This document shows positions 9,609 through 20,968 of a stretch of DNA of 61,745 bases, one piece after another; position 1 is the first letter of the stretch; every line of letters begins with the position of its first letter. A program made the translations under genes and the position numbers. The notes beneath the pieces were generated by a model. The model was not told the DNA's origin, searched no databases, and saw only the letters and a list, made by a program, of their open reading frames with translations. Origin of the DNA: Bdellovibrionales bacterium (lineage in GTDB: Bacteria; Bdellovibrionota; Bdellovibrionia; Bdellovibrionales; UBA1609). The stretch spans positions 1-61,745 of the forward strand of contig SKYF01000042.1 of NCBI GenBank assembly GCA_007128005.1, given 5' to 3'.

Positions 9609-11543
9609 CTAACGTCTCAACAGCAGGTCCTGCTTTATATCCTCAAGAAAGTCTGCAAACTCCACAGCCTCTTTGTTTTCAGCACTGCGCAGGCGCACTG
9701 TCACTCTCTTTTCCTCCATCTCCTTGTCCCCAACAATCAACATATAGGGAACCTTTTCCAACTGGGCCTGACGGATCTTAAACCCGAGCTTTTCCCTGCG
9801 GTCATCCCACTCGGCCCTGACTCCCGCATCCAGCAGGCTCTGCAACAGCTCCGCACAGTACTCGTTTTGCCTGTCTGTGAGGTTGAGAATCTTAACTTGC
9901 ACAGGACTCAGCCAGATCGGTAAGTGTCCTGCTGTGTGCTCCAAATAAACCCCAATAAAGCGCTCCAAAGAACCCAAAATTGCTCGGTGGAGCATCACCG
10001 GTCGCTCCTCTTTGTTTTCTTCACTGACATAGGCCAACTTAAAGGCCTCAGGCATATTGAAGTCACACTGAAGAGTCCCCAACTGCCAAGGACGCTTGAG
10101 AGCATCAACGAACATAATATCGAGCTTAGGTCCATAAAAGGCCCCGTCACCGGGATTGATTTGGCAGTCTATCCCAAGGGCCTTTAAGGCCTGCTCCAGA
10201 GCCTGCTCCGCCTGATCCCAGACTCGCTCCTCTCCCATCCTCTGTTCGGGACGGGTCGAAAGATAAACCTTATAGTCCAGCATATTTAACTTCTGGTATA
10301 CGTCCCTGAGCATGGTCATAAACTGCTCGATCTCGCCCTGAAGCTGATCGCTGCGACAAAAAATATGAGCATCATCCTGGCAAAACGTCCTCACCCGCGT
10401 CAGACCATGCATAACCCCGCTGCGCTCGTGACGGTGGAGTCTGCCAAAATCCGCCACCCGCCAAGGCAAATCCCGATAGGACTTTTTGTCTGCTCCGTAA
10501 AGCACACAGTGCCCAGGGCAGTTCATGGGCTTAAAGGAAAAGTCGCGCTCATCAATCTGAGTGAAATACATGTTCTCGCGGTAGTTCTCATAGTGACCCG
10601 ACTGGTGGTAGAGATCTACGTCAAACAACTGAGGGGTAATGACCTCTTCGTAGCCGTACTCCCTATATTTTTCGCGAATAAAGCTCTGGAGCTGATTATA
10701 GATCACCGTCCCCTTGGGGGTGAAAAAGGGGCCACCTGGAGACAAAGGGTGAAAGACAAAGAGGTTGAGATCCTTGCCCAACTTGCGGTGATCGCGCTTT
10801 TTGGCCTCTTCTAAATTGTGCAGATACTCGTCCAAATCCTTTTTATCGTTGAAAGCCGTGGCATACACCCGTTGGAGCTGAGCCTTGGTCTCATCTCCCC
10901 GCCAATAAGCCCCCGCCAAACTCATCACTTTTACGGCCTTGATCTGACCTATGCGCTGAACATGAGGCCCCCGACACAGATCAAACCACTGCCCCTGGCG
11001 GTAGATGCTCACCTCGCTGACACCCTCATCACGGACAAGATCGCGAATGATCTCTGCCTTGAAAGCCTCCCCCATGCTCTCAAAAGTCTCTATGGCTTGC
11101 TCTGCCGACCAAAGTTCTCTGGTGACCTCGTCATTGCGCCGAAGCAGCTCCTCCATCTTTTTTTCGATTTTGCTAAGGTCTTCTGGGGTAAAGTGATGGG
11201 GGGAATCAAAGTCATAGTAAAAGCCATTGTCAATGACGGGCCCTATGGTGACTTTGACTTCAGGCCAAATCTCCTGGACGGCCTGGGCCATCACATGGGC
11301 CGCTGAGTGCCGAATCACTTCTAAGGACTCCTCATCCTTGGCCGTGAGGATCTTTAGACGATCTCCATCCTTGAGACGAATGCGTAGGTCCACAACCTCG
11401 GAACCTGGCCCATTGACAAGGGCCCCTAATGTGTCCTTAGCCAGCCTGGAGCCAATGCTCTCGGCCACCTCGAGCACCGTAGGCTCGTGGTCAAACTCTT
11501 TTACCGAATTGTCGGGTAGAAAAATACGTACAGAGCCCATCAA
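9609..11543 (-). CDS. thrS: Threonine--tRNA ligase
   Basis: TGS-like N-terminus, HSAAHVMAQAV editing-domain motif, and class II motif HRHERSGVMHGLTRVRTFCQDDAHIF. Confidence 0.97.
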   Translation of the reverse strand: MMGSVRIFLPDNSVKEFDHEPTVLEVAESIGSRLAKDTLGALVNGPGSEVVDLRIRLKDGDRLKILTAKDEESLEVIRHSAAHVMAQAVQEIWPEVKVTIGPVIDNGFYYDFDSPHHFTPEDLSKIEKKMEELLRRNDEVTRELWSAEQAIETFESMGEAFKAEIIRDLVRDEGVSEVSIYRQGQWFDLCRGPHVQRIGQIKAVKVMSLAGAYWRGDETKAQLQRVYATAFNDKKDLDEYLHNLEEAKKRDHRKLGKDLNLFVFHPLSPGGPFFTPKGTVIYNQLQSFIREKYREYGYEEVITPQLFDVDLYHQSGHYENYRENMYFTQIDERDFSFKPMNCPGHCVLYGADKKSYRDLPWRVADFGRLHRHERSGVMHGLTRVRTFCQDDAHIFCRSDQLQGEIEQFMTMLRDVYQKLNMLDYKVYLSTRPEQRMGEERVWDQAEQALEQALKALGIDCQINPGDGAFYGPKLDIMFVDALKRPWQLGTLQCDFNMPEAFKLAYVSEENKEERPVMLHRAILGSLERFIGVYLEHTAGHLPIWLSPVQVKILNLTDRQNEYCAELLQSLLDAGVRAEWDDRREKLGFKIRQAQLEKVPYMLIVGDKEMEEKRVTVRLRSAENKEAVEFADFLEDIKQDLLLRR

Positions 11544-11628
11544 AAGGTTAACATCGGCACTTTGAAGTGAGGAGTAATTTCAGAATAGTAGACGTAGATG
11601 CAATCCAGCTTAGGGCTCATTTTTTGAA

Positions 11629-11657
11629 GTATTAAGCATAAAAGGCCCCAGCGTCAA
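11629..11657 (-). promoter_or_regulatory. Candidate sigma70-type promoter for thrS (TTGACG-N17-TAATAC)
   Basis: On the minus strand, TTGACG lies at 11657-11652 and TAATAC at 11634-11629, with an exact 17-nt spacer, about 85 nt upstream of the thrS ATG. Sequence pattern only. Confidence 0.3.
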
Positions 11658-11679
11658 CAAAATCCCTAAGGGCTCACCT

Positions 11680-12885
11680 CTAGTAAACCACATGGTGAGC
11701 CAAAGACTCCGACTGCCGGGGATCCTTCACCGGAACAATTGCATGACGGCTCAGGAAACCAGTCATGCTCATCAAAAACAAGCCCAAAAAGCCCACAAAG
11801 ATCAATATCTCATAGACTCCGAACACCACTCGGCTGGAGTCAAAATTGGGAAACACCAGCCAGTGAAGATCTACATACTGCATGATCAAAATCAGGATCG
11901 AAACGGCACTCAAATGGGTCGGATGCCGCTTTGCCCAACGAGGCAAGAGAGCAAAAAAGGGCACCACAAACTTAAATAAAATTAGGGAGATGGACACCCA
12001 CACCCAAGGCCCCTCTGAGCGAGGCACAAAAAACAAAGTCTCCTCTGGAATATTGGCGTACCAAATCAACATATACTGCGAAAAAGCGATATAGGCCCAA
12101 AAAACTGTGAAGGCGAAAAGAAATTTCCCTAAGTCATGCAAGTGATCCGCTGTGATGAAGCCCGTCACCAAGCCCTTCTTCTGCAAATACACTATCAACA
12201 GAATCATAAAGGCCACACTCGACTGAAAAAGACCGCCAAAAGTGTAGACCCCAAAGATAGTTGAAAACCAGTGGGGCTCAAGGCTCTTCAAAGCATCCAC
12301 GCTGAAAAAAGAATAGGAAATGGCAAAAAACATCACAAAGGCGATGGACCAGGGGATCAGGCTTGTGGTCAGTTTCTCATCTCCTGACTTATCCTGCTCT
12401 AGGGACCTACCCACGATAATCCGGGCAAAGACTAACCAGCCAATAAAGAACAACGCTGTCCTTACCCAGAAAAAGCCCTGGTTTAAATAGGGCACCTTGT
12501 GGGCCACCAGGTAGTCAGATGCAACCACCTCGGGGTCTAGCCAGGAGTAAAGATGAGGGGCACCTATCAAAAGAGCCAAAGCTCCAATCAGTGCATAGGG
12601 CAAGAAAGCTGTAAAGGACTCGGAGAGCCTGCGGATATTCACACTCCAGCCAGCTTTGGTCATATGCTGAACGGCCGCAAAAAACAGACCCCCAAGGGCC
12701 AGGCTCACAAAGTAAAAGAAGGCGGTCAAATACCCATGCCAAGCCCTCTCAGTATCCTTGACCAGCGCAAGGGCAAAGCCCAAAAAGCCCAAAAACATCA
12801 TCACTGAATACACCGTTTTTGTGGTCGAAGACACCTTTAAGGGTCCCGGTGCTGGTAGATTCTTAACGTCAGCTGCCATAGCCAT
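11680..12885 (-). CDS. actF: Alternative Complex III subunit ActF (quinol:cytochrome c oxidoreductase membrane subunit 2)
   Basis: A 401-aa polytopic membrane protein, last gene of the act cluster. Its ATG shares one nucleotide with the actE stop (TAATG). Confidence 0.75.
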   Translation of the reverse strand: MAMAADVKNLPAPGPLKVSSTTKTVYSVMMFLGFLGFALALVKDTERAWHGYLTAFFYFVSLALGGLFFAAVQHMTKAGWSVNIRRLSESFTAFLPYALIGALALLIGAPHLYSWLDPEVVASDYLVAHKVPYLNQGFFWVRTALFFIGWLVFARIIVGRSLEQDKSGDEKLTTSLIPWSIAFVMFFAISYSFFSVDALKSLEPHWFSTIFGVYTFGGLFQSSVAFMILLIVYLQKKGLVTGFITADHLHDLGKFLFAFTVFWAYIAFSQYMLIWYANIPEETLFFVPRSEGPWVWVSISLILFKFVVPFFALLPRWAKRHPTHLSAVSILILIMQYVDLHWLVFPNFDSSRVVFGVYEILIFVGFLGLFLMSMTGFLSRHAIVPVKDPRQSESLAHHVVY

Positions 12886-13475
12886 TACTCTCCTTGAGCT
12901 TCAGATTGTCGCTGCAAATTTCTCATGTAGTTGACGATGGCCCAGCGTGCCTGCTCATCCCGAATCTGAGCCGCATAACTGCCCATTACACCCTGCCCGT
13001 CCACAATAATATGATAAAGCCGACCATCGTTCATTGCCTTGACTCTGTCAGTGACAAGACTTGGTGGACGCAAGGCCATCTTCTCAGCCACAGGGCCATC
13101 TCCCCGCCCATTGACACCATGACAGATTCCACAAAAGATCTGATAATTCCTCTGCCCCAAATCAATCAACTCTGGAGAAAAGTCACCCACTAAGGGATTG
13201 CGCAAGTTCCTCTCAGCTTCAAGGGGCTGGCCTTTGAAGGGGTAAGGAACAAAACCTCTAGGCACAGTTCCCTCAGGAGGAACCCTCATTGCCAAACCGT
13301 CTGGGCTGTTGGGATCAAAGTCCTGGGCCTTCACCGCAGGCGATTCCATCATATCTTGAATCAACTCAATATTTGTACGATTGGGTCCTGCATTGCAACC
13401 CAACAACAAGTTGAGACTCAGAATCGGCAACATCCACACACTGCCCTTTGTCAAAGCACCTAACTGCCTCTTCAT
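12885..13475 (-). CDS. actE: Alternative Complex III monoheme cytochrome c subunit ActE (lipoprotein)
   Basis: Lipobox LLLGC, a single CGICHG heme motif, and its position in the operon. Confidence 0.8.
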   Translation of the reverse strand: MKRQLGALTKGSVWMLPILSLNLLLGCNAGPNRTNIELIQDMMESPAVKAQDFDPNSPDGLAMRVPPEGTVPRGFVPYPFKGQPLEAERNLRNPLVGDFSPELIDLGQRNYQIFCGICHGVNGRGDGPVAEKMALRPPSLVTDRVKAMNDGRLYHIIVDGQGVMGSYAAQIRDEQARWAIVNYMRNLQRQSEAQGE

Positions 13476-14051
13476 CTAAAACTCCGCCTTCTTCACTTCA
13501 TCCGCCCCGAACTCTTTAAAAATTTCCTCAATCTTGGCCACATCGTAGCCTCGATCGTTTTCAGGAACAAACAGAGCAAATTTATGGCTTGTCAAATCCG
13601 GATCAATCACTGGCGGATCCACCTTCGGAAGACCTGCGCTGACAAACAGGGCCCCAACTGAACTCAAGGCTGCAAATAGAATCACACACTCAAAGATCAC
13701 AGGGATAAAGGCGGGAAGAGACCACATGGGCTTGCCACCCACGTTGAGGGGCCAATTGTAGGCAGAAGTCCACCAGGTAAACCAAAGACCAAAGGCAAGC
13801 CCCACAAACCCGAAGATAAATGTCACCCAGGGTATATAGGAGCGCGGTATCCCTATCGCCTCATCAATCTCATGCATGGGAAAAGGAGTGATGGCATCAA
13901 ACTTCACAAATCCTGCCTCACGCAGTCGATGAGCGGCTTGAATCAGCTTCTTTTCATCGGTCCAAATGCCTGCCAAACCATCGGTCCCCTTGGCTTTAAG
14001 AGCAGAAAACAGGGAATCAAGCATTATTTTCTCCTCCTTCATGACCAACAT
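13476..14051 (-). CDS. actD: Alternative Complex III subunit ActD (DUF3341-like membrane protein)
   Basis: Soluble N-terminal domain followed by two TM helices. Lies between actC and actE. The start may be an internal Met (overlap with actC). Confidence 0.7.
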   Translation of the reverse strand: MLVMKEEKIMLDSLFSALKAKGTDGLAGIWTDEKKLIQAAHRLREAGFVKFDAITPFPMHEIDEAIGIPRSYIPWVTFIFGFVGLAFGLWFTWWTSAYNWPLNVGGKPMWSLPAFIPVIFECVILFAALSSVGALFVSAGLPKVDPPVIDPDLTSHKFALFVPENDRGYDVAKIEEIFKEFGADEVKKAEF

Positions 14052-15378
14052 TCAAAACCGGCTTCACCTCAGAAATTGAGATGGCTGGCAGAGTACGGAT
14101 GTAGAGTAAAAACAGAAACAGGAACATCCCAAAACTCCCAATGAGGGCGCCAAAGTCAAAAAAGGTCATGTGGAACATCCCCCAACTGGATGGCAAAAAG
14201 TCCCTATGCAAGGAAGTCACCACGATCACATAGCGCTCAAACCACATCCCAATATTCACAAAAATGGAGATCACAAACATAAGAGGAATACTGGTCCTCA
14301 CACTCTTTAACCAAAAGAGTTGAGGGATCACCACATTGCAAACAACCATAAGCCAGTAGGACCAGGCATAGGGGCCAATCGCCCGGTTCATAAAGACATA
14401 CTGCTCGTAGGGAGCCCCTGAGTACCAGGCAACAAACTTCTCAGACCCATAGGCGTAACCCACCATAAGACCTGTTGCCATAATGATTTTATTCATGGCC
14501 TCCATATGACCAATGGTCACATAGTTCTTAAACTCCGGCACCAAAGCCCGAACAATCACCATGAGAGTTACAACCATTGCAAAACCTGAGAAGATGGCTC
14601 CAGCAACGAAATAGGGAGGAAAAATAGTTGTGTGCCAACCTGGGATAATCGAAACAGCAAAGTCAAAAGATACGATACTGTGCACTGACAAAACTAGAGG
14701 CGTCGAAAGGGCCGCAAGTAGCATATAGACCATCTCATAGTGGTTCCAGTTGCGACCTGTACCTCTCCACCCCAAAGAAAGGGCGCCGTAAATTCTTTTA
14801 CGCCATTTGTTTTTTGCTCGATCCCGAAGGGTCGCCAAATCTGGAATCATTCCAATATACCAAAAGACCAACGAGACCGTCGCATAGGTTGAAACCGCAA
14901 ATACATCCCACACGAGAGGGGAGCGAAAATTCACCCAGAGAGGACCTCTTTGGTTGGGATAGGGAAGCAGCCAAAATGCCAGCCAGGGCCTGCCAGTATG
15001 TAAAATCGGAAAAAGACCCGCTGTCATCACAGCAAACACAGTCATAGCCTCAGCCGTTCGAGCAATGGAGGTTCGCCACTTCTGACGAAACAAAAACAGC
15101 ACTGCCGAGATTAAAGTGCCGGCATGGCCAATCCCAATCCAAAACACAAAGGTGATGATGTCTGTTCCCCAATTGACAGGGTTGTTGACACCCATAAGAC
15201 CCATACCCCGAGCCACAATCATCCCCATAACAATCAGGTAAAAGACAAATAAAGCCTTTACGCTGATAAGACTGGCAAAGAACTTAGGCCCAGGAACCTT
15301 CTCCACCAGGCTGCAGATGTCGTTGGTCACATCTTGATAGGTCTTTTTTCCCAACACCAATGGCGTGCGCTTGATCAT
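14017..15378 (-). CDS. actC: Alternative Complex III subunit ActC (NrfD/PsrC-like quinol-interacting membrane subunit)
   Basis: A 453-aa polytopic NrfD-like protein directly after the Fe-S/molybdopterin-like subunit, with a 4-nt overlap with actB. Confidence 0.85.
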   Translation of the reverse strand: MIKRTPLVLGKKTYQDVTNDICSLVEKVPGPKFFASLISVKALFVFYLIVMGMIVARGMGLMGVNNPVNWGTDIITFVFWIGIGHAGTLISAVLFLFRQKWRTSIARTAEAMTVFAVMTAGLFPILHTGRPWLAFWLLPYPNQRGPLWVNFRSPLVWDVFAVSTYATVSLVFWYIGMIPDLATLRDRAKNKWRKRIYGALSLGWRGTGRNWNHYEMVYMLLAALSTPLVLSVHSIVSFDFAVSIIPGWHTTIFPPYFVAGAIFSGFAMVVTLMVIVRALVPEFKNYVTIGHMEAMNKIIMATGLMVGYAYGSEKFVAWYSGAPYEQYVFMNRAIGPYAWSYWLMVVCNVVIPQLFWLKSVRTSIPLMFVISIFVNIGMWFERYVIVVTSLHRDFLPSSWGMFHMTFFDFGALIGSFGMFLFLFLLYIRTLPAISISEVKPVLNVGHEGGENNA

Positions 15379-18300
15379 GCGTGCTGCCCCTCTTTTTTAT
15401 TGGAATCGCCTTTGAGCTTGTCCGTGTTGCGAATTTTTGTCTGATAATGCACTGCTGGCCTGATATTGAATTCTTCAAGAACTGCATAAGAGCGGGGTTC
15501 ATGAAAAAGCTTGGCCACAGCACTTTCTTTGTCGTTGAGGTCACCAAAGACAATGGCTCCAGTGGGGCAGGCCTGTTGGCAGGCAGACTTTACATCACCA
15601 TCCTTCAACGTCCTGTTCTCAGTTCTCGCCTGCTGCTGAGCTCCTTTGATGCGGTGAATGCAGAAGGTGCACTTTTCCATAACCCCTCGAGAGCGCACAG
15701 TCACATCCGGGTTGAGGGCCTGATTCAAAGGGGCTTTAAAGTTGTCCTTCGCATAATTAAACCAGTTAAAGCGCCGAACCTTGTAGGGACAGTTGTTGGC
15801 ACAGTAGCGAGTGCCCACACAGCGATTGTAAATCATATCATTGGTGCCTTCATCGCTTTGCACCGTAGCTAAAACTGGGCACACCGTCTCGCAGGGAGCG
15901 TTGTCACAGTGTTGACAGAGCATGGGCATAAACACAGCCGTGGCATCCTCAGGCTCGCCCACGTAGTAACGATCTAAGCGGATCCACTGCATGATTCGAC
16001 CCTGCATCACATAGCGTTTGCCCACCACGGGAACATTGTTCTCAGACTGGCAAGCTATAACACAGGCCGAACAGCCTGTGCAGGTGTTCAGATCCACCAC
16101 CATACCCCACTTGTGGCGTGGGTACTTATGCTCACTCCAGAGTGAGAAGATCTTATGACGATAGATATTCGCGTCCGGCTTTTTATTGAACTGGGCCAAG
16201 GTGGCCTCAACTACAATCTGCCGCCCCTCCATGCTATGATGCCCTTGGGTTACGGCTAAAGCCGATTGTTTGCCCAGCTTTTCTATCTGCACGGGAAGAG
16301 CCAGATACTGACAACGGCCCTCCTTATAAGCCAGCAAACTGTAGGCGTTCACTCCGACTCCATCGGCCACTTTGCCCGCATGACTCCGGCCATAGCCCAC
16401 GGCAAGTCCCACGACTCCATCTACTTGGCCCGGCTGAATATGCACAGGCACCTCTAGCCCCTGATCTCCTACCCTCAGCTGAACCACCTGACCCTGTCGC
16501 AACTTCAAATCAGCGGCATCTTTGACGGAAACGGAGAGATAGTTGTCCCAACAGATTTTTGTCACTGGATCGGGAAACTCCTGAAGCCAAGACACATTCG
16601 CGAGACTGCCATCTGCAAGCCCAACGGTTGGGTACAAAACGAGTTCAAAACCGTCAGAGTCGGTTGACCTTTCCTGACCCCGCCCGGCCAACTGAAGCGC
16701 ATTCAAATTGAAGTTGCGAGCCGGAGCCTCAGTCTCTCGAGCCAAGCGACTCGTATCAAACACCCCTTTTTGAAGAAGAGAAATCCAAAAGGATTCAAAG
16801 TCTGCATCGCCCACAACAGACCTGTGCCTATTGTAGATTTCACTGCGCCAGTACTGCCTTAAAAAGTCATACCAAGAGTCAGCTTGACGAAGCCTTAAAC
16901 TTGCACGATCCGATGCTTTGCTCCAGTTCAACAAGCTATCTTCAAAGGCACGTGTCTCATAGAGGGGTCGAATTGTCGGCTGTTGCACGCTATAAACCCC
17001 TGCAACAAACTCCCCATCTCCCCAATTCTCGAGACTGTGATGATCAGGAGCCATAAAGTGGGCCAAGCGCCCCGTCTCCTCAACTCGGTCTCCCGTGTAA
17101 ACGACCAACTCCGCTTTCCTCAAAGCCTCAACTAGACCTGCCGAGGAAGGCAAACTGAAAACGGGATTGGAGCGATGGATAATCACTGTCTTGACACTGC
17201 CATCTTCAAGTCCTGTGATCAGGTCCTTCAAATCCCGAGCAGAACCCTGAAAGGCTCTCGGAGAAGCATTTCTGTAATCGATGGTTTTTCCGTCATTTTC
17301 TAGAACCGAATTGAGGAAGTTGGCTGCCACCTGGATTGCTTGAGTGTCTGGTCCTTCAGCGCTTGAAGCCATCACGAGGGACCGTCCCCTATTCGCCCAC
17401 AGGTCAGAGGCCAACTCCGCCCACTTGGCAGTATCCAGCCCTAGGCTTCGCGCCACACCCGCATAAGCCTGAAGAGCGCGAATAACTTGAGCGTTGCCTG
17501 CGTAGCGAGATCTCTCTTGCACGACAATGATCTGATGGAGCAATCCCATCAATATATGTAGATATTGACTGCTTTTAACTCTGTAGCGCTCATCGGCATT
17601 CATTCCGGTTAAAGTCATAAGAGACTCGAAGACCACAACCTTACTCATCTCGGGGCCTGGCTTTCTCCCCTCAGCCCACTGCCGGCTCAAGGACACGGCT
17701 TTGGGGTCACTGCCAAGAAAGTCTGACCCAACGGACAAGATCAATCGAGCTCGATCCAAGCGATAGTCTGGCACCACAGCAGAGGCCCCACCGTAACAGG
17801 CTTCAGCCGCAGCTCTGACGGGCTCTTGGCTTAAGGGCTCCCAACGGTAATGGCGCCCACCAAAAGCCTGAGAAAAATCATCCACTAAAGCCTGCGTTGA
17901 AGGTGACAAAAGGCTTGAAGTCAAAACAGCCACTCCACCCTTTTGCAATTGCTCAACCACTTCTTGATCCATGTCAGCCCAGCTGATACTCACGCTCTCA
18001 AAGTTTGTGCGGCCCTCATTGAACAAGTGCCTTCTGGGTGCCGTCAATCTATCTGGATCATAGAGGCTTAAGATATGAGCTGTGGCCCTTGCACTCATCC
18101 CCCCTCGATTGGCAGGATGTTCCGGATTGCCCTCTATTTTAATAGGACGGCCCTCGCGAGTGGTGACCACAATTCCGTAGCCCGTATTTCCATCGCTCCA
18201 ACTGGAAGCATAGTAATTTGCAAGACCTGGGGTGATCTCATGGGGCGCATTGACATAGGGTACGATCTTCTGAGCGGGTCTTCGAACGCAACCAAAAGAA

Positions 18301-18542
18301 GTCAAAGCAAGGCTTGCACCCATGAGCTTTAAAAACTCCCTGCGAGCCCAACCCCCCTGCCCCTCTTCATTTTGCAAGGGAGAACTCAAAAACTCCTTTT
18401 CCGCCATTTTTTTAAACTCAGGATCTTGTCGCCACTGCTCAAGGCTGAGCCAATACTTGGGAGAGCCTGATGCTTCCACTGACTCTGTTTGACCGGTCTG
18501 CTGGTCACTTTTCTGACCACTATCACGCAAATTGGATTCCAT
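15375..18542 (-). CDS. actB: Alternative Complex III subunit ActB (molybdopterin-oxidoreductase-like domain plus 4Fe-4S domain, Tat-exported)
   Basis: Twin-arginine signal [15 protein letters not shown]-terminal ferredoxin-like Cys clusters ([41 protein letters not shown]). Confidence 0.9.
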   Translation of the reverse strand: MESNLRDSGQKSDQQTGQTESVEASGSPKYWLSLEQWRQDPEFKKMAEKEFLSSPLQNEEGQGGWARREFLKLMGASLALTSFGCVRRPAQKIVPYVNAPHEITPGLANYYASSWSDGNTGYGIVVTTREGRPIKIEGNPEHPANRGGMSARATAHILSLYDPDRLTAPRRHLFNEGRTNFESVSISWADMDQEVVEQLQKGGVAVLTSSLLSPSTQALVDDFSQAFGGRHYRWEPLSQEPVRAAAEACYGGASAVVPDYRLDRARLILSVGSDFLGSDPKAVSLSRQWAEGRKPGPEMSKVVVFESLMTLTGMNADERYRVKSSQYLHILMGLLHQIIVVQERSRYAGNAQVIRALQAYAGVARSLGLDTAKWAELASDLWANRGRSLVMASSAEGPDTQAIQVAANFLNSVLENDGKTIDYRNASPRAFQGSARDLKDLITGLEDGSVKTVIIHRSNPVFSLPSSAGLVEALRKAELVVYTGDRVEETGRLAHFMAPDHHSLENWGDGEFVAGVYSVQQPTIRPLYETRAFEDSLLNWSKASDRASLRLRQADSWYDFLRQYWRSEIYNRHRSVVGDADFESFWISLLQKGVFDTSRLARETEAPARNFNLNALQLAGRGQERSTDSDGFELVLYPTVGLADGSLANVSWLQEFPDPVTKICWDNYLSVSVKDAADLKLRQGQVVQLRVGDQGLEVPVHIQPGQVDGVVGLAVGYGRSHAGKVADGVGVNAYSLLAYKEGRCQYLALPVQIEKLGKQSALAVTQGHHSMEGRQIVVEATLAQFNKKPDANIYRHKIFSLWSEHKYPRHKWGMVVDLNTCTGCSACVIACQSENNVPVVGKRYVMQGRIMQWIRLDRYYVGEPEDATAVFMPMLCQHCDNAPCETVCPVLATVQSDEGTNDMIYNRCVGTRYCANNCPYKVRRFNWFNYAKDNFKAPLNQALNPDVTVRSRGVMEKCTFCIHRIKGAQQQARTENRTLKDGDVKSACQQACPTGAIVFGDLNDKESAVAKLFHEPRSYAVLEEFNIRPAVHYQTKIRNTDKLKGDSNKKEGQHA

Positions 18543-18562
18543 AGCTATCTCACCTCTGTCGT

Positions 18563-19096
18563 CTAAAAGTGGCAGGTGCTGCAGTTAAGAGGAGCGTTGT
18601 TCTCGGGTTGTCGATGGCAGTTTACACACCAGCCCATAGACATACTTGACCACTGATAAACAACTGGCATGGATTCAATTGGTCCATGACATGTGTTGCA
18701 ACTCGTGCCGGCCTGTATATGAGCAGAGTGATCAAACCTCACATGATCCGGAAGCAGGTGCACTTTTTCCCAGGCAACAGACTGGCCAGAGTAGTAGAGT
18801 TGAGTGAGTTTTTGAATGTGCTCGCTTTGTGTTGCTACAACTAAATGACAGTTCATACAGACATTCAAACTGGGGATGGAAGCATGGCGAGAAACCTCAG
18901 CCGATGAGTGACAGTAGGCACAATCCATTTTGAATCTACCTGAGTGGAGTTCGTGAGAGAAAGGAATCGGCTGATCTGGCATATAGCCTTGGTTGTAGCC
19001 GATCACAATTTTATTGTTTGTAAGCGCATGGATAAACAGTGAGAGCCCCCCAAGGGAGCCCATTACTATTACCAGTCCAACAATCTTTTTGGTCAT
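18563..19096 (-). CDS. actA: Alternative Complex III pentaheme cytochrome c subunit ActA
   Basis: N-terminal TM anchor plus five CxxCH motifs (CAYCH, CMNCH, CNTCH, CVNCH, CSTCH). Confidence 0.85.
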   Translation of the reverse strand: MTKKIVGLVIVMGSLGGLSLFIHALTNNKIVIGYNQGYMPDQPIPFSHELHSGRFKMDCAYCHSSAEVSRHASIPSLNVCMNCHLVVATQSEHIQKLTQLYYSGQSVAWEKVHLLPDHVRFDHSAHIQAGTSCNTCHGPIESMPVVYQWSSMSMGWCVNCHRQPENNAPLNCSTCHF

Positions 19097-19267
19097 AGTT
19101 TAGCCTATCGTTTAACTCGTTTTACCTTCAAGGTTGCATAGTCATGTCGATCGAGAGCCTTTGAGCAAAAAGCCCTCTCCGCCAGTCAATTCGTTTTCAA
19201 CGAATGGAATATTCTTAATTGTAGCTAGAAATGAATGCAATTCAGAAATGACTCCAAAAGTTCCTTT

Positions 19268-20953
19268 TTAACGCAGTCGACGCACCGCCGTCACATAGCC
19301 CACATAGAGAACGTGAATCGCCACAAAGCCTGACACCCATTCCACTCCCCCGGCTCCAAAACCATAGGAGTGAAGTCCGGCTCCGAGAACAAAATTGACT
19401 CCATACCAAGCCATAATAACGAGAGAAAAAGCCAACACTGAGCCTGCCGCCATGCCAAAGTTTTTGACCCAGCCGACAAGCCGCCCATGCAACAGTGCCA
19501 GATAACCTAAAAGAGCAATCAAGGCCCAAGTCTCTTTGGGGTCCCAACCCCAGTAGCGCCCCCAGGAGTAGTCAGCCCATATCCCGCCCAAAATAGTGCC
19601 GGCTGCCAACAGCACAACTCCAAACTGAATGGCTCGATACATGGCCTGAGTGAGGTCTTGAATGCTCTTGGCATACTTTTTTTCATCTCGAAGATGATAC
19701 CATAAAGATAGATTACCCAAGCCAAATGCCAAGAAGAAACCAGCATAGCTGATGGTAATCACCAGGACATGGGTGATCAGCCAAAAGTTGGATACCAGCA
19801 CAGGCTCAAGGGGCTGCAAGGAGGGGTCCAGCACCGTTGGGGACAAAAAGGTGAGAATCAAGCTAAATGCCGAAACCACAGCCCCAACAATCAAAACCAC
19901 CTTGTTGCGATACATCCACTCCCAAATCATGGCTAGAACCATGATACCCCAGGGCACCCACACCACTGTTTCATACATATTAGAAACCGGCGGCCTGCCG
20001 GTGATGTAACTACGTAGTAGCTGGCCATAGGTGTGCAACATAAACCCACCAAGAATGGCAGCCCAGGCCAACTTATAGAGTTTTGTAGAGCCCAAGTTCC
20101 AGCCCAACAACATCAAAAGAGCTCCAGCAACGTAGAGAATCCAACTCCACATAAATGGCTCAAAGCTGTTGTAGTGGAGCTCCGCTGATAGCTTCCTGGG
20201 ATCAACATAATTTCCAGGATCTTCTGCCCGCGCCAAGGCTACAAACTCATCCACAGCCTGATTCATCTCTTCAATCGCTTCCGCGTAAAGCCTGCGCCGC
20301 TCTCTTTCTTCCTCACCCTGAAGCCTATTGTCAGGGGACTTCTGGTAGGCTGCCGCTTTTGCAAAGGCCAGGGAAATCCTCTGGAAGGCCCCTTGAAGAT
20401 CTCCCGTCAACTGAATCACCCAAGCCCAGGAGTCTTCCCCGGGAATGGGGGCCACCCCCAAAAATCGCCCCAGCTTTACCACTTGATAGAGGGTGAGTTG
20501 ATTCTCTAACCTCTGCACAGCCTGAAAGTAAGGGTTGAGCTTTGGATTCTGCTCCTGCTGAGTTCTCAGCTCGGTAAAAATGAGCGGCAGTCGCTCATTG
20601 CGAAAGAGTTCTTCCGGAGCATAGTGAATACGGCGACCCTCTAGCCCCAGAGCTTCGCGCACTCCGCTGTGCCTCACCTCTACAAATTCAATTTTATCCC
20701 AATGGTCGGGCACCAGCATCCAACTGAACACAATTTCAGGAGCCGCCTTGCCCTTAAATGTCTGACGCCCATAGAGTAGATGAAGGCTCTCGTTGGCAAA
20801 AGTGTCAAAGGGCTTGATGCGCCCGGCATCCAATACCGGTATGCGCCTGAGAGGCTCGCTCATATTTGCCCAAGAAGGAGGAATCCACAACAAGGAGACT
20901 AAGGTCAGCAGAATCCCCCACTTTAAAAAACCCCTACTTGCTCTCATGTCCAT
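19268..20953 (-). CDS. ccsA: System II cytochrome c biogenesis protein CcsA/ResC with a ~270-aa N-terminal periplasmic extension
   Basis: WWD-type heme-handling motif WGRYWGWDPKETWALI in the C-terminal polytopic half. Signal peptide at the N-terminus. Confidence 0.85.
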   Translation of the reverse strand: MDMRASRGFLKWGILLTLVSLLWIPPSWANMSEPLRRIPVLDAGRIKPFDTFANESLHLLYGRQTFKGKAAPEIVFSWMLVPDHWDKIEFVEVRHSGVREALGLEGRRIHYAPEELFRNERLPLIFTELRTQQEQNPKLNPYFQAVQRLENQLTLYQVVKLGRFLGVAPIPGEDSWAWVIQLTGDLQGAFQRISLAFAKAAAYQKSPDNRLQGEEERERRRLYAEAIEEMNQAVDEFVALARAEDPGNYVDPRKLSAELHYNSFEPFMWSWILYVAGALLMLLGWNLGSTKLYKLAWAAILGGFMLHTYGQLLRSYITGRPPVSNMYETVVWVPWGIMVLAMIWEWMYRNKVVLIVGAVVSAFSLILTFLSPTVLDPSLQPLEPVLVSNFWLITHVLVITISYAGFFLAFGLGNLSLWYHLRDEKKYAKSIQDLTQAMYRAIQFGVVLLAAGTILGGIWADYSWGRYWGWDPKETWALIALLGYLALLHGRLVGWVKNFGMAAGSVLAFSLVIMAWYGVNFVLGAGLHSYGFGAGGVEWVSGFVAIHVLYVGYVTAVRRLR

Positions 20954-20968
20954 AAGACTCCCCTTGAT

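Noticed and set aside
19140-19175. Imperfect hairpin gagagcctttgagcaaaaagccctctc downstream of ccsA, as a terminator separating ccsBA from actA.
   Set aside because: Only a 5-bp outer stem with internal mismatches, and no U-tract on the minus strand. That is insufficient to call a terminator.
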